From positions 1-55,907 of IMG/VR virus record IMGVR_UViG_3300022752_006405: DNA of 55,907 nt; one strand, given 5' to 3'. Position 1 is the stretch's first letter. Every line of letters begins with the position of its first letter. Shown in pieces: positions 47,192 through 55,907 of the stretch. Both the position numbers and the translations under genes were made by a program. The DNA is from a virus (Duplodnaviria > Caudoviricetes). The notes beneath the pieces are model-generated. The model did no database searches. It was not told the DNA's origin and saw only the letters and a list, made by a program, of their open reading frames with translations.

Positions 47192-50100
47192 CAAAACCTC
47201 CTAATTGTACCTACAACCTGACCTAACTTTATCGTTCCGCGGAGACCTCTCCGATTATTTTCGCCGATGTAAATCCCGCTCTGTAAGTAGTTGAATTTTG
47301 ATCTTTCTAACGAGTGAGGTTCAATGACGTAATTAGAGCCTAAGAATCTCGTGTTACCTGGCATAAACTTTTCAATTAAAGCCCCCATCGATGAATCAAA
47401 CCACCTAAAGAATTCATACAGCTGCTTTAGCTTAATTTTCTCAGTTAGTCTGTTGAAGTAAACGTCTCTTAGCACGTCCAATCGCGGGTAGTCGGGTGAG
47501 AACTGAAGTTCTGGAGATCCGATTGCATCGTCAATTTCGTCCAGCGTGGCAAAGATTTTTGCGATGTCTTCATCTAAAACTCTGGTAGCAGACACTTCGA
47601 TTGAGAATCTCAGATCGTCCAGTGGAACTTCTGATCTTATCGTTTCATACGCAGGTGCCACCATGACTCCCTCACGAGCAACTTGATCGAAATCTTGAAA
47701 ACTTCTGATTCTTATCTTGTTATCCGTTTGAGCTTCATCGAACTGCATCGATATAACAGAGGACGTCAGCCTTTCATTCTGAATCACCTGTGATCCTGAT
47801 CCGAAGCCAGATCCTGTGAGATGGTATTCATTCTGAGAGTAATCGAATATTCTGATACCACCGCTCGAAGCCGACGATGTCACCTCCTGGCTGCATGCAG
47901 CATCGATTCGTAATCTCTCCCAAGAACCCGACTGATTCAATACGAAGTTGTAGTTTTTCGAAGGAGTTTCCACACCCACAGACTCAACGTTTCTAGCATG
48001 CTCTAGAAGCTCAACATCACTTAGTAATTTGGTCCAGAACCTCAGACGACCTATTTTTCCGCTAAACATGGATTCCTGGGCGTCTGCTGGAGCTGCTGTG
48101 GAATTTAGAAAATCATTTCCCGCTACATAGATTGATTGTGGACCTACGCATATGAAAGATCCGGATGTGTTGTAAGTTGAAATAGTGTCGATGACAGTCC
48201 CTTCATCGAAATATGATCCCGTAGCTTTGAAATAGTCAGATGACTCAGAGTTCTGACGTGCTGCCCAAATATAATACGACGAGCTGGGTTCATTCTCAGT
48301 TACGTTTCTTCCGAATGACACGTGCCAGATCGATCCGTCAAATATGCTGCTGCCGGTTAGCGTCAGCTGCATATGTGGAGCTGATAATGATGATGTGGTT
48401 GACACGTACAAATCTAACGATGACGTTGCGGCTCCCGCAGTAGCAACGAGATTCGCGATAACGCCTTGATTAATGCTCGGCGATGATGTTCCTGTCACGT
48501 GAAGACGTGCAAGACTCTGCACGTTTGGATGCGATACGCCCGGCTCAAATTTATAAAATGCTTCATATGACCATGAACCTGATGTGAATAATCCATCTGA
48601 AACAGTGTTTGACAAGCTTGGAAGTCCAGGCTCAACTCGAGAGGCGCTCAAATACGAGCTCGAGATGAAAGGCAGCGCATCAGGAACTCCAGTGGTAGCA
48701 TCGTAGTTAACAGTCCCCGTGAACAACGATCCGCTGAAGTTCAACATACCTTGGACGACAGATCTCTTAGTTCTGTTCGGCAATATGTAACCGTCTTTTG
48801 TGCCGCCGTATTCTTTAAACTTTAGTATGCTATCAGGCTCGATTCCTGCAGCTCTGATCAAGCTCTTGACGGCATGCAACGTTCCCTTTGACTTTAGAAC
48901 GTTTGGAAGCTCATGCAGTATCCTTCTCCAGATCGTGTTTTGAACAGTCTGATATGACACAGCGAGCTGCTCTGTCTCTGGATCAGATGATTCTCCTGTT
49001 ATGAAGCGCTCGGCGGAGACGCTTCTAAACATGTTTGGGAGCTGAATTCCATAGTAATTTGCAAGGTCGGGGAGCATCTGATCTGATACGGTACCTGAGT
49101 CTGTGTAATCCGTTGCTCTTAGCTTTGACATATGATCGATAAAGCATTTCGTCTCATCAAATTGCTTCGCCCATGTGTACAGAAGCGAGCTGATCAACTG
49201 TATGGATCCTAGCTGCGTATTTCTAGGTATAGTGTTGCCAGAACCTATTGAGCTGCCCGCTTCTCCATCTATGCTATCTAATACGTAAAACTCTTGCTCA
49301 GCCTTCAGATAATGTTGAGGTATTAGTTTCGTAATTAAGTTAGGGTTATTGGCATCGTATTGAGATGCCGATGCTAGCAATGACGAGTTAAGCGTAACAA
49401 CGTCAGGGTGATCAGGGAACAGCACGGGTGATAGATTCAGCTTCTCATACGTTAGAGGATTCTGCTCATGAGCGACTCTCTGCGATGCAGAAAAGTTTGT
49501 GATGCTGGCATGTAATCCATTCCCAGAGTGATCGATCACTGTCGAACTGTTTGTATAAGATCCTGTTGGTTCATTGAATCGATAGTGAAGCTTTAACTTC
49601 GGCTCTGGATAAACTGTGTTTCTCATGCTAGAGCTAATTTCAGATATCGATCTGTTGCGATGATAAATTCGTAAATCATCGATTGATCCTGAGAATTTTG
49701 ACGATGGTAAGAACGTGTATGTACCTGCAACGTGAGAAGATCCAGTTGCAATAGTTAATGGGCTACTTTTAAAGTCTATCTGCCCGATGTAATTCGACAC
49801 GCTGGATGATGATACAAGTTCGCCATCGACGTACAAATAAAGTCGATCGACCCCTGAATTTCTGTTGAACTGAGCTCCTAGCGAGAAAAATTGACCCTTA
49901 CTAATTTGAGTTGAAGCTGTCATGTAGGTAGAACCTGACGTGACATAAAAATCTAAATTACAAGAGCTAAGAGATACGCTTTCTGACAATGCTAGAGTGA
50001 AACCTTTATCAGAGCCGCTAATCTTTTGCAGTATGACTTGGTTGGAATTTGCAACGTCAGATACAAAAAGTTGCATTTCCAAAGTCATAGATGAGTAACC

Positions 50101-50580
50101 CGGATCTAGCTTTGGATCTCCGGATGCATCTTTTGACATTTCGGATATCTCAGCTCCCGCTGCGTCAGTTACTCTAATATGATTTGATCCATCAAAATTT
50201 AAATAACCTACACTTTTCGGTGAATTATCGTAGATGTATTTTTCAAAGCCAGTTAAAGAATCAAAAAATTCTTCCATCTCCAATCGAGTTCCGTCAAATG
50301 GAAATCTATTGAATATCGTTTCAAAAGCAACGTTAGTTTTGACCTGCGCAGAGTTAAAGAATGTGTGATTTTCAAACAATGACCAGTCGATCGGAAGCTG
50401 CTGAGTTGACTTCAGACCAGTTCCGGGAGGATCAAGTCTAAATGACGATGTCGGACTTACGCTTAAGTTTGAGATGTCGGCAGACGTAACGTCTCGTATG
50501 ACCGAGCTATTTCCATTTAGCTCTTTCATAAGTTGATCGACTGAGAATCCCCCTGCAAATAACGAGTTTGACACGATCAC
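47191..50580 (-). CDS. Baseplate wedge protein (gp7-like) with two LamG-like domains
   Basis: LPDLANYYGI and WRRILHELPNVLKSKGT...SLIRAAGI wedge pattern. LamG motifs LYVDGELV/FSGSIDDLRIY and WHVSFGR/FSGKIGRLRFW. Confidence 0.68.
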   Translation of the reverse strand: MIVSNSLFAGGFSVDQLMKELNGNSSVIRDVTSADISNLSVSPTSSFRLDPPGTGLKSTQQLPIDWSLFENHTFFNSAQVKTNVAFETIFNRFPFDGTRLEMEEFFDSLTGFEKYIYDNSPKSVGYLNFDGSNHIRVTDAAGAEISEMSKDASGDPKLDPGYSSMTLEMQLFVSDVANSNQVILQKISGSDKGFTLALSESVSLSSCNLDFYVTSGSTYMTASTQISKGQFFSLGAQFNRNSGVDRLYLYVDGELVSSSSVSNYIGQIDFKSSPLTIATGSSHVAGTYTFLPSSKFSGSIDDLRIYHRNRSISEISSSMRNTVYPEPKLKLHYRFNEPTGSYTNSSTVIDHSGNGLHASITNFSASQRVAHEQNPLTYEKLNLSPVLFPDHPDVVTLNSSLLASASQYDANNPNLITKLIPQHYLKAEQEFYVLDSIDGEAGSSIGSGNTIPRNTQLGSIQLISSLLYTWAKQFDETKCFIDHMSKLRATDYTDSGTVSDQMLPDLANYYGIQLPNMFRSVSAERFITGESSDPETEQLAVSYQTVQNTIWRRILHELPNVLKSKGTLHAVKSLIRAAGIEPDSILKFKEYGGTKDGYILPNRTKRSVVQGMLNFSGSLFTGTVNYDATTGVPDALPFISSSYLSASRVEPGLPSLSNTVSDGLFTSGSWSYEAFYKFEPGVSHPNVQSLARLHVTGTSSPSINQGVIANLVATAGAATSSLDLYVSTTSSLSAPHMQLTLTGSSIFDGSIWHVSFGRNVTENEPSSSYYIWAARQNSESSDYFKATGSYFDEGTVIDTISTYNTSGSFICVGPQSIYVAGNDFLNSTAAPADAQESMFSGKIGRLRFWTKLLSDVELLEHARNVESVGVETPSKNYNFVLNQSGSWERLRIDAACSQEVTSSASSGGIRIFDYSQNEYHLTGSGFGSGSQVIQNERLTSSVISMQFDEAQTDNKIRIRSFQDFDQVAREGVMVAPAYETIRSEVPLDDLRFSIEVSATRVLDEDIAKIFATLDEIDDAIGSPELQFSPDYPRLDVLRDVYFNRLTEKIKLKQLYEFFRWFDSSMGALIEKFMPGNTRFLGSNYVIEPHSLERSKFNYLQSGIYIGENNRRGLRGTIKLGQVVGTIRRF

Positions 50581-52085
50581 TCCACCGTAAATCTAACGTT
50601 TTTGTCTTCAACAATATACTCAGACCCCCTATCGATGACCAGATAGTCGATCGTAAGCAGTCTACCTTTCGGAAGTCCGTCGGTATGTAAATCAAAGAAT
50701 AATCCGCTAGAATCGGAAGAGAGTCTCGTACCGTTGTGCTGCCGCTCAAACGGAACGTACACGTTTCCTTCTATATCCTTCACGCGGAAGTAAGTCTCTG
50801 GCGTTGAACTTACGGTGGGTTTTGGAATTCTTGATGACGATGGTTCGTAATTCGAATCGTACGAGAACAATCTAACTCGATGTAAGCTGTTCACATTGTA
50901 CTTGCTCTTCACATTCGTTGAATACATCCTAAGTTGCCGTGGAACAGCATCGAAAGTTGTTCTGGTAGGAAGAGAGCAAGTAAGAAATGTTGAGACAAAA
51001 GTTACGCTGTTGTCGAGTGATTTCCACTTTTCGCTAAATACAATCGATCCAGACGCTGTGATATGATCAGCAAGTGTTAACGAGCCGCTGACCACAGATG
51101 AGTTCTGCGCTGAAATATAGAATGATCCGCTGTAAGAGCCTGTTACAAAATTTGATCCCACCATCTGCTGCGAAGCTGTGACAGTGGTGCTGAACGATCC
51201 GGTGGATAGAACTATGTGCAGGCACTGATTCCCAACGATCGGCGCTGACGCTGACAGAAGGTTGGCTTGACTAGAACCTACAAAATTTCTAAGGTACAGC
51301 GTTCCTGTTGCATCGAACGTTGCGCCAGCGTGAGCATCGAAAATTGAGCTATCACTGTGAACTTCTAAGCGCGGACGCAGATGTTGCTGCGTAACGTGAC
51401 GAGATGCAAATCTCTTTACGAATCGAGTTGTAGTGTCAGATTCCTGGCTCGAAGTGAACGATAAGATGAAACCATTATCTGGTATGATACCAGAGATCGT
51501 GGCTGATAACACGTCGCTAACGTCAACGAAAAGTTCCTCGTTTCCATCGATAAATACTTGCTTACTCTCAAGCGATCTCAGCCCTTGGCCATCGAATAGA
51601 TTACCGGACGCGTAATAGTCTATGCCTGCATCGCCAACAGTGCCCGAGGAGTATGCGCCTGATATCGTCCACGTTGATCCAATTGAGGAACTCAGGTAAT
51701 TAGCAGCTCCGACATCAGAAAACGCTGATACGTCTCTGCCTTCTCCCTCTTCGAAAGATTTTGCAAGCGGAAAAATTGAAATGGTAAAATCGCGCGGAAC
51801 TGGTAAATTCGACTCTATCGGCAGCAGTCTGATTTTAGCTCGAAAATTTGATGAATTCAAATCAAGAGAGCTTGACGCCAGTTCTTTTACTCTTTCTAAG
51901 TCGAATTTTAATAAAATTCGAGAAAGCTCAACATGATATCCAGTCGATCCGGACAGCGTTTCATCGTAGAGCTTAAATAAGTCAAGAGTGCCAGCTCGGC
52001 CGACGTTCGCATCCTCAACTCGGGATCCGTCAACTATCTTATTGGTAATGTATGTATCAGCGGATGCTGTAGCGATGATGTACAT
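50577..52085 (-). CDS. Baseplate-region structural protein (DNRLRE-like beta-sandwich)
   Basis: ASADTYI...NVG...SRILLKFDL...DNGFIL...RPRLEV pattern; follows the gp6-like gene. Confidence 0.58.
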   Translation of the reverse strand: MYIIATASADTYITNKIVDGSRVEDANVGRAGTLDLFKLYDETLSGSTGYHVELSRILLKFDLERVKELASSSLDLNSSNFRAKIRLLPIESNLPVPRDFTISIFPLAKSFEEGEGRDVSAFSDVGAANYLSSSIGSTWTISGAYSSGTVGDAGIDYYASGNLFDGQGLRSLESKQVFIDGNEELFVDVSDVLSATISGIIPDNGFILSFTSSQESDTTTRFVKRFASRHVTQQHLRPRLEVHSDSSIFDAHAGATFDATGTLYLRNFVGSSQANLLSASAPIVGNQCLHIVLSTGSFSTTVTASQQMVGSNFVTGSYSGSFYISAQNSSVVSGSLTLADHITASGSIVFSEKWKSLDNSVTFVSTFLTCSLPTRTTFDAVPRQLRMYSTNVKSKYNVNSLHRVRLFSYDSNYEPSSSRIPKPTVSSTPETYFRVKDIEGNVYVPFERQHNGTRLSSDSSGLFFDLHTDGLPKGRLLTIDYLVIDRGSEYIVEDKNVRFTVE

Positions 52086-53923
52086 TAGAGTGCCGTCCCT
52101 ATGATGTCCTGTTGGGGGTAGCGAAGCTCGAATATGCTACCAGGTGGTCCGTATAGAATTCCACGACGTGTGTACTGCTTAATGTTCAGCGAAACATTTG
52201 AGTACGTGCGATCTTGAATTACACCTGATAAGTTCTCAATCTTGAGATCTACAAGGGTCAAAACCCCAGGTGTGTTTATGATAATATTCTGCAGGTCTGA
52301 TAGAAGTATTGGCTGATCAATTTGAAACCTACTGACATTTAGAACCTCAGACAATCTTGAGATCACCGTTTGCAAAGTTGCAGATTTGTTAGAGTTAGGA
52401 TTCACGAACACGGTGAATTTGACTCTAAAGTTGATTACCCTAGCGTCAAGCACATCAATTGCGTCGCTTATTAGACGAAACTCATTTAGATAAATTCTTA
52501 GATTCTTTTTCAAAGTGTCAGGCGAAATCGTTAGAAATCCGTTGATGTCTTTGGAGCAAATGAAAAGTTGGCTTGCAAGTGGGTTATCTGGACTCGGTCT
52601 AACTGCAGCTCTGTAGACACGACCTAACTTAGATGGAAGCGTGTACACTCTAGAAATTAGATCTTCTTTTGTGACAATTCTATCCTGCTGCGATCTAGCA
52701 GCTGGAATCTGCGCTCTAAAATCCTCTATTGTTGGTGCTGAGTCTCCGCCTGATGCCGCCTGATCATTTCGAACGTCAAATGATGTTCTTACGGAGTTTG
52801 CAACGGCAGCAGAACACTCATCCGGGAATTCCATATTAAGAACCGACACTCCTCTAATTGTTCTCGATGCAACGTTATGTGATATTCCTCCTCCGTAACG
52901 ATAGACAACATTTATCGTTGTGTTGTTCGGAAGAATTCCCAATGTCTTACTTTGAAGCAACGAATTTGGATCTATAGAGAATCGACTCAATGTTGTCGTT
53001 CCATAGAGAGGAAGCGCCAGAGTCTCAGGGTCTGGTATCGCGTCATCCTGTGTAGTTAATGAATTTCCACCTCCGAACTGGATCGTTGAATTCTTGCTCA
53101 CAGGATCTATCGTGTGTACGAATCTTCTCGGAGCTGGTATGACCTCGATTGAGCGTGGTACTTCCTCCGCATCACTTGACATGTTAGGAAATGTTCGAAA
53201 CACCGTGTCCTGACTCAGGCTTTGAACCTCAAAGTACTCGTTTCCTTCTGCGTCTTTCACGCTCAATACTTCGCTCACGTTTGAGTTTGAGAGAGTTATC
53301 GTAAAAAATGGAACAGGATTCGCTGTTATATTGAAGTTTTCGGACGCAATATCACCTGAGACGCATGTCACGCTTCTCTTTATCACAAAAGTAGTAGGAT
53401 TTCCTGACGCGTCCGTATCACCGATTGTATAATTTGCTCTCAGATTTCCGAGCCTATCTTTTTCTGCAAAATCGACGTCTTCAGCCGTCGTAAATACGAT
53501 GTTGTTAGTCGAGATCAGACGAGTGTTCTGCAAAATTCTAGGAAGCGCGACCTCATCAGGAACGTATTGACCTGCAACAATCTTAGAAGGCACTTCGATA
53601 AACATCGAAACAGAAACTGTTGCGGGTGATGCTCCGCGAGCTTTTATTCCAGCTTCCCGTATCATCCTGGTTAAATTTGAGTTTTCAACAGCTGTTGACC
53701 ACGAAAGTTCTCGAAATTGATGATCCATGTAAAATGACATGCTGTCAGATACTGACGCAGCCAAATCAAGAAGTAATCCGCCCAAGCTTGCTTCTGAAAA
53801 ATCCTGAATCTTGTCGCCGAAATAAGCTCTAGCATAACGAAGCAATTCATTTCGATACGAGTCGAAATCTTTGGCTACGTATGTTCTATTTCTAGCTACT
53901 TTGAGCTGCTGATCGCCTGCCAT
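52085..53923 (-). CDS. gp6: Baseplate wedge protein (T4 gp6 / P2 J-like)
   Basis: KDFDSYRNEL, DFSEASLGGLLLDLAA, IQFGGG, YRYGGG, ASGGD and QDRIVTKED. Confidence 0.9.
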   Translation of the reverse strand: MAGDQQLKVARNRTYVAKDFDSYRNELLRYARAYFGDKIQDFSEASLGGLLLDLAASVSDSMSFYMDHQFRELSWSTAVENSNLTRMIREAGIKARGASPATVSVSMFIEVPSKIVAGQYVPDEVALPRILQNTRLISTNNIVFTTAEDVDFAEKDRLGNLRANYTIGDTDASGNPTTFVIKRSVTCVSGDIASENFNITANPVPFFTITLSNSNVSEVLSVKDAEGNEYFEVQSLSQDTVFRTFPNMSSDAEEVPRSIEVIPAPRRFVHTIDPVSKNSTIQFGGGNSLTTQDDAIPDPETLALPLYGTTTLSRFSIDPNSLLQSKTLGILPNNTTINVVYRYGGGISHNVASRTIRGVSVLNMEFPDECSAAVANSVRTSFDVRNDQAASGGDSAPTIEDFRAQIPAARSQQDRIVTKEDLISRVYTLPSKLGRVYRAAVRPSPDNPLASQLFICSKDINGFLTISPDTLKKNLRIYLNEFRLISDAIDVLDARVINFRVKFTVFVNPNSNKSATLQTVISRLSEVLNVSRFQIDQPILLSDLQNIIINTPGVLTLVDLKIENLSGVIQDRTYSNVSLNIKQYTRRGILYGPPGSIFELRYPQQDIIGTAL

Positions 53924-53927
53924 TCAT

Positions 53928-54410
53928 TCACCCGCTAAAGTTAAAGATGATGCTAATAGACTGTTCCGTAATCTGAGCACGAGGTACTGAATACGTTATT
54001 ACCATTTTTAGACGTGCAACAGATCCGTCCGTTGTCTCAACCGGAGCTGTCAAAAAGTTCTCAAGGGAGACAAACGGCATGTATTTTGATACGGCTCTCT
54101 GTATTCTAGCCATAGCCTCTTCATCTCCATCGCTTGAGCCAAGCTCGTGAGTGAGAGATTTTAAATTAGCTCCGAAATCTGGAAAATTCAACCTCTCATA
54201 CTGATTTGTCATCAGGAGATTGATGAGATTATCTCGAATTTGATCGGCAAGTGATCTGTGCATTTTGAAAATGCCATCAGTTCCCTCACCTAACTCGAGA
54301 GGTGTCTTAATTCCGATCGGTGGTTCTACAACAGCAGCAGCATTGACGCTATCAAACTGATTTTTTTTAACGCCAACGCTGCTGAAGCTGTAAGATCTTG
54401 AGGATGCCAT
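53928..54410 (-). CDS. gp25: Baseplate wedge / sheath initiator (T4 gp25-like)
   Basis: QIRDNLINLLMT...ER...PDFGANL...AVSKYMPFV. Confidence 0.9.
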   Translation of the reverse strand: MASSRSYSFSSVGVKKNQFDSVNAAAVVEPPIGIKTPLELGEGTDGIFKMHRSLADQIRDNLINLLMTNQYERLNFPDFGANLKSLTHELGSSDGDEEAMARIQRAVSKYMPFVSLENFLTAPVETTDGSVARLKMVITYSVPRAQITEQSISIIFNFSG

Positions 54411-54426
54411 GCTGTCCCTTACACCA

Positions 54427-54433
54427 TAAATAA
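54427..54433 (-). promoter_or_regulatory. Promoter-motif variant TTATTTA
   Basis: Intergenic, 16 nt upstream of the gp25-like ATG; one mismatch to consensus. Confidence 0.35.
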
Positions 54434-54479
54434 TCCGGTAACAGCTTTCTGACCTACTACTAGCATCAATGAACTGAGA

Positions 54480-55907
54480 TCATTCACCGTAAATAGTTGT
54501 TGATCCCAGCGGGTTCACGCCGTCAGCCGTGTTTAATTTGAGAAATGCAATTTTTGCAGTTAGAGTGGCTAACGTCTTTGATGCAGCCAGCGTCAGAGTT
54601 GTGCCAGCAGCAACTGCTCCAGCAACTGGGCCGCCTGCGTTTGTAGAAGTTGAGAGAGATCCGGCAGCCGTTACAATCTCCGAGCATAGAGTACTGAGAT
54701 CAGTCAAAACACCGGTCAGGAAAGAAACAACCGCGCTTTGCTTGAGATACGGTTCTGTCGCCCCTGAAGTATTATAGCTTGATAGTATAATCTGACGAGC
54801 AGCAATTTGCAGCTGACCATCACTGTACATCATGATTGCAGAACCATCATTCTTTCCTTCTGATGGTTCTTTCACGATTCTAATTGATCCTACGTTACGA
54901 GACACCAGTCTCAAGTTGTCGGACTTTATCACAGCGAATGCACCGCGCTCGTTAGGGGGAGAATCGTTACGTTTAGTAGCTTCGGGCAGCACAGAACCAA
55001 GCAAAACATCTGGATGATAGGATGAACTTGTCTTAGACGAGTTTGAAGTTAGATAAATTCTCGTTGCATCTGATATGAAGTGCGCGTCACCCTCAACGAT
55101 AGACTTTTCGCGTTTATCAATTTCCTCTAACCCAAATTCATTCTTTATGCTTTTTCCGCTGGTAGCCTTGTAGTCGGTCTTCGTTTTTTTAAACCCACGA
55201 CCGACAACAATGTCGATCGCAGGATGACCTGCTTCAATTCCCTCTGGTGGATTATTGGCGTTGTCTATCAAATACTTGTCCGAAGCCCAATGCCCGCGCT
55301 CTTCTCCTAACATTATCAATGAATTGTTAGATCCCTGTAATACCAGATCTCCGGGTCTCTTAGTATATCTTGGAACAGGTTCAAATCTATGAACTTGATT
55401 CGCCAGATTCACAAGCTCTATCATTTCCTGCGGATTTGCAGTTGGACTTTGCCATGAGAATGTTTGAAGCTCATCCGGCTCGACGGTCGGACCATCAAAT
55501 TTTTCGCTAGCTTTTGGTTTTTCTTTCTCAGGTACCTGCGTGAAAGTGCGAGTGGAGAATGTGTAATTCACGTCCTCAACATGATTTGGCTCACTCACTC
55601 TCGAGATCCAATACGCGATCGACCCCTTGTTTTCTGGATCTTCGTATATGAACCAGACGTATTCTCCTGGCTTCACAGGCATACAAAAATGAGATGAAAA
55701 CATCGGATAGCAGACAACGGATGTTCCCGACTTCTTAGCTTGTCCTTCCGACACCGTTTTTACGATAACAGTGTTTCGTGGAAAGTTTTTCATCGCGTCC
55801 GATGTAACGTTATCCTTATTTTCATCAATAGATCTGTTAGTAATCGATGCTTTGGACGTTGAGCTTAAAACATCTACAACCAAACCCTTGAAGAATGTCG
55901 TTGCCAT
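54480..55907 (-). CDS. Baseplate hub / central spike protein (gp5-like OB-fold, no lysozyme domain)
   Basis: YPMF...PVKPGEYVW OB-fold-like start, PGDLVLQG..NSLI and IKSDNLRLVSR; directly upstream of gp25. The ATG is the last codon of the window, so the true start cannot be confirmed. Confidence 0.6.
   Translation of the reverse strand: MATTFFKGLVVDVLSSTSKASITNRSIDENKDNVTSDAMKNFPRNTVIVKTVSEGQAKKSGTSVVCYPMFSSHFCMPVKPGEYVWFIYEDPENKGSIAYWISRVSEPNHVEDVNYTFSTRTFTQVPEKEKPKASEKFDGPTVEPDELQTFSWQSPTANPQEMIELVNLANQVHRFEPVPRYTKRPGDLVLQGSNNSLIMLGEERGHWASDKYLIDNANNPPEGIEAGHPAIDIVVGRGFKKTKTDYKATSGKSIKNEFGLEEIDKREKSIVEGDAHFISDATRIYLTSNSSKTSSSYHPDVLLGSVLPEATKRNDSPPNERGAFAVIKSDNLRLVSRNVGSIRIVKEPSEGKNDGSAIMMYSDGQLQIAARQIILSSYNTSGATEPYLKQSAVVSFLTGVLTDLSTLCSEIVTAAGSLSTSTNAGGPVAGAVAAGTTLTLAASKTLATLTAKIAFLKLNTADGVNPLGSTTIYGE

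Noticed and set aside
33519-54368. Homopolymer runs (33520, 41433, 54361) as programmed frameshift or phase-variation sites
   Set aside because: The runs are only 7-8 nt in AT-rich sequence, and no useful alternative-frame extension is apparent.
293-55697. Numerous plus-strand and alternate-frame ORFs of 60-200 aa in the track
   Set aside because: They lie inside or across well-supported minus-strand genes, show no family motifs, and are expected shadows of biased codon usage.
1-55907. Extracellular contractile injection system, tailocin or T6SS (suggested by two sheaths, gp25, gp6)
   Set aside because: Capsid, portal, protease, scaffold and terminase are all present and intact, so this is a phage.
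1-55907. Alternative genetic code (stop-codon reassignment)
   Set aside because: Genes are full length and tightly packed under the standard code. TGA, TAA and TAG (resolvase, 28594) all act as stops.
1-55907. tRNA genes, CRISPR arrays, introns, inteins, integrase or IS elements
   Set aside because: Intergenic gaps are mostly under about 80 nt with no cloverleaf or repeat-spacer pattern. Terminase, portal and primase show no obvious insertions.

Overview
The window is the virion-morphogenesis region of a large (jumbo-type) T4-like myophage. All credible genes lie on the minus strand, use the standard genetic code and are tightly packed, many by overlapping stop/start codons. In transcription order (right to left) it carries: a baseplate block (gp5-like hub, gp25, gp6, a gp7-like LamG protein and several large structural proteins); an embedded RuvC-like resolvase, primase and single-chain Mre11-Rad50 (SbcD-SbcC) cassette; terminase large subunit, portal, prohead protease, small core proteins, scaffold and major capsid protein; then neck and tail-terminator proteins and two paralogous tail sheath genes. 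The second sheath gene runs off the window and is missing from the ORF track. The most unusual element is a self-contained unit between the capsid terminator and the neck genes. It encodes three unrelated nucleotidyl-transfer folds (Pol-beta type, KxDG ligase type, HxGH type) plus an in-frame nested Gly/Ala-rich hydrophobic protein, with hints of head-packaging signals. A recurrent ATANTTA motif sits upstream of most transcription units, within a 15-bp RBS-sequestering hairpin, and inside two genes ahead of internal start sites. All assignments come from reading motifs and synteny by eye; no searches were run.
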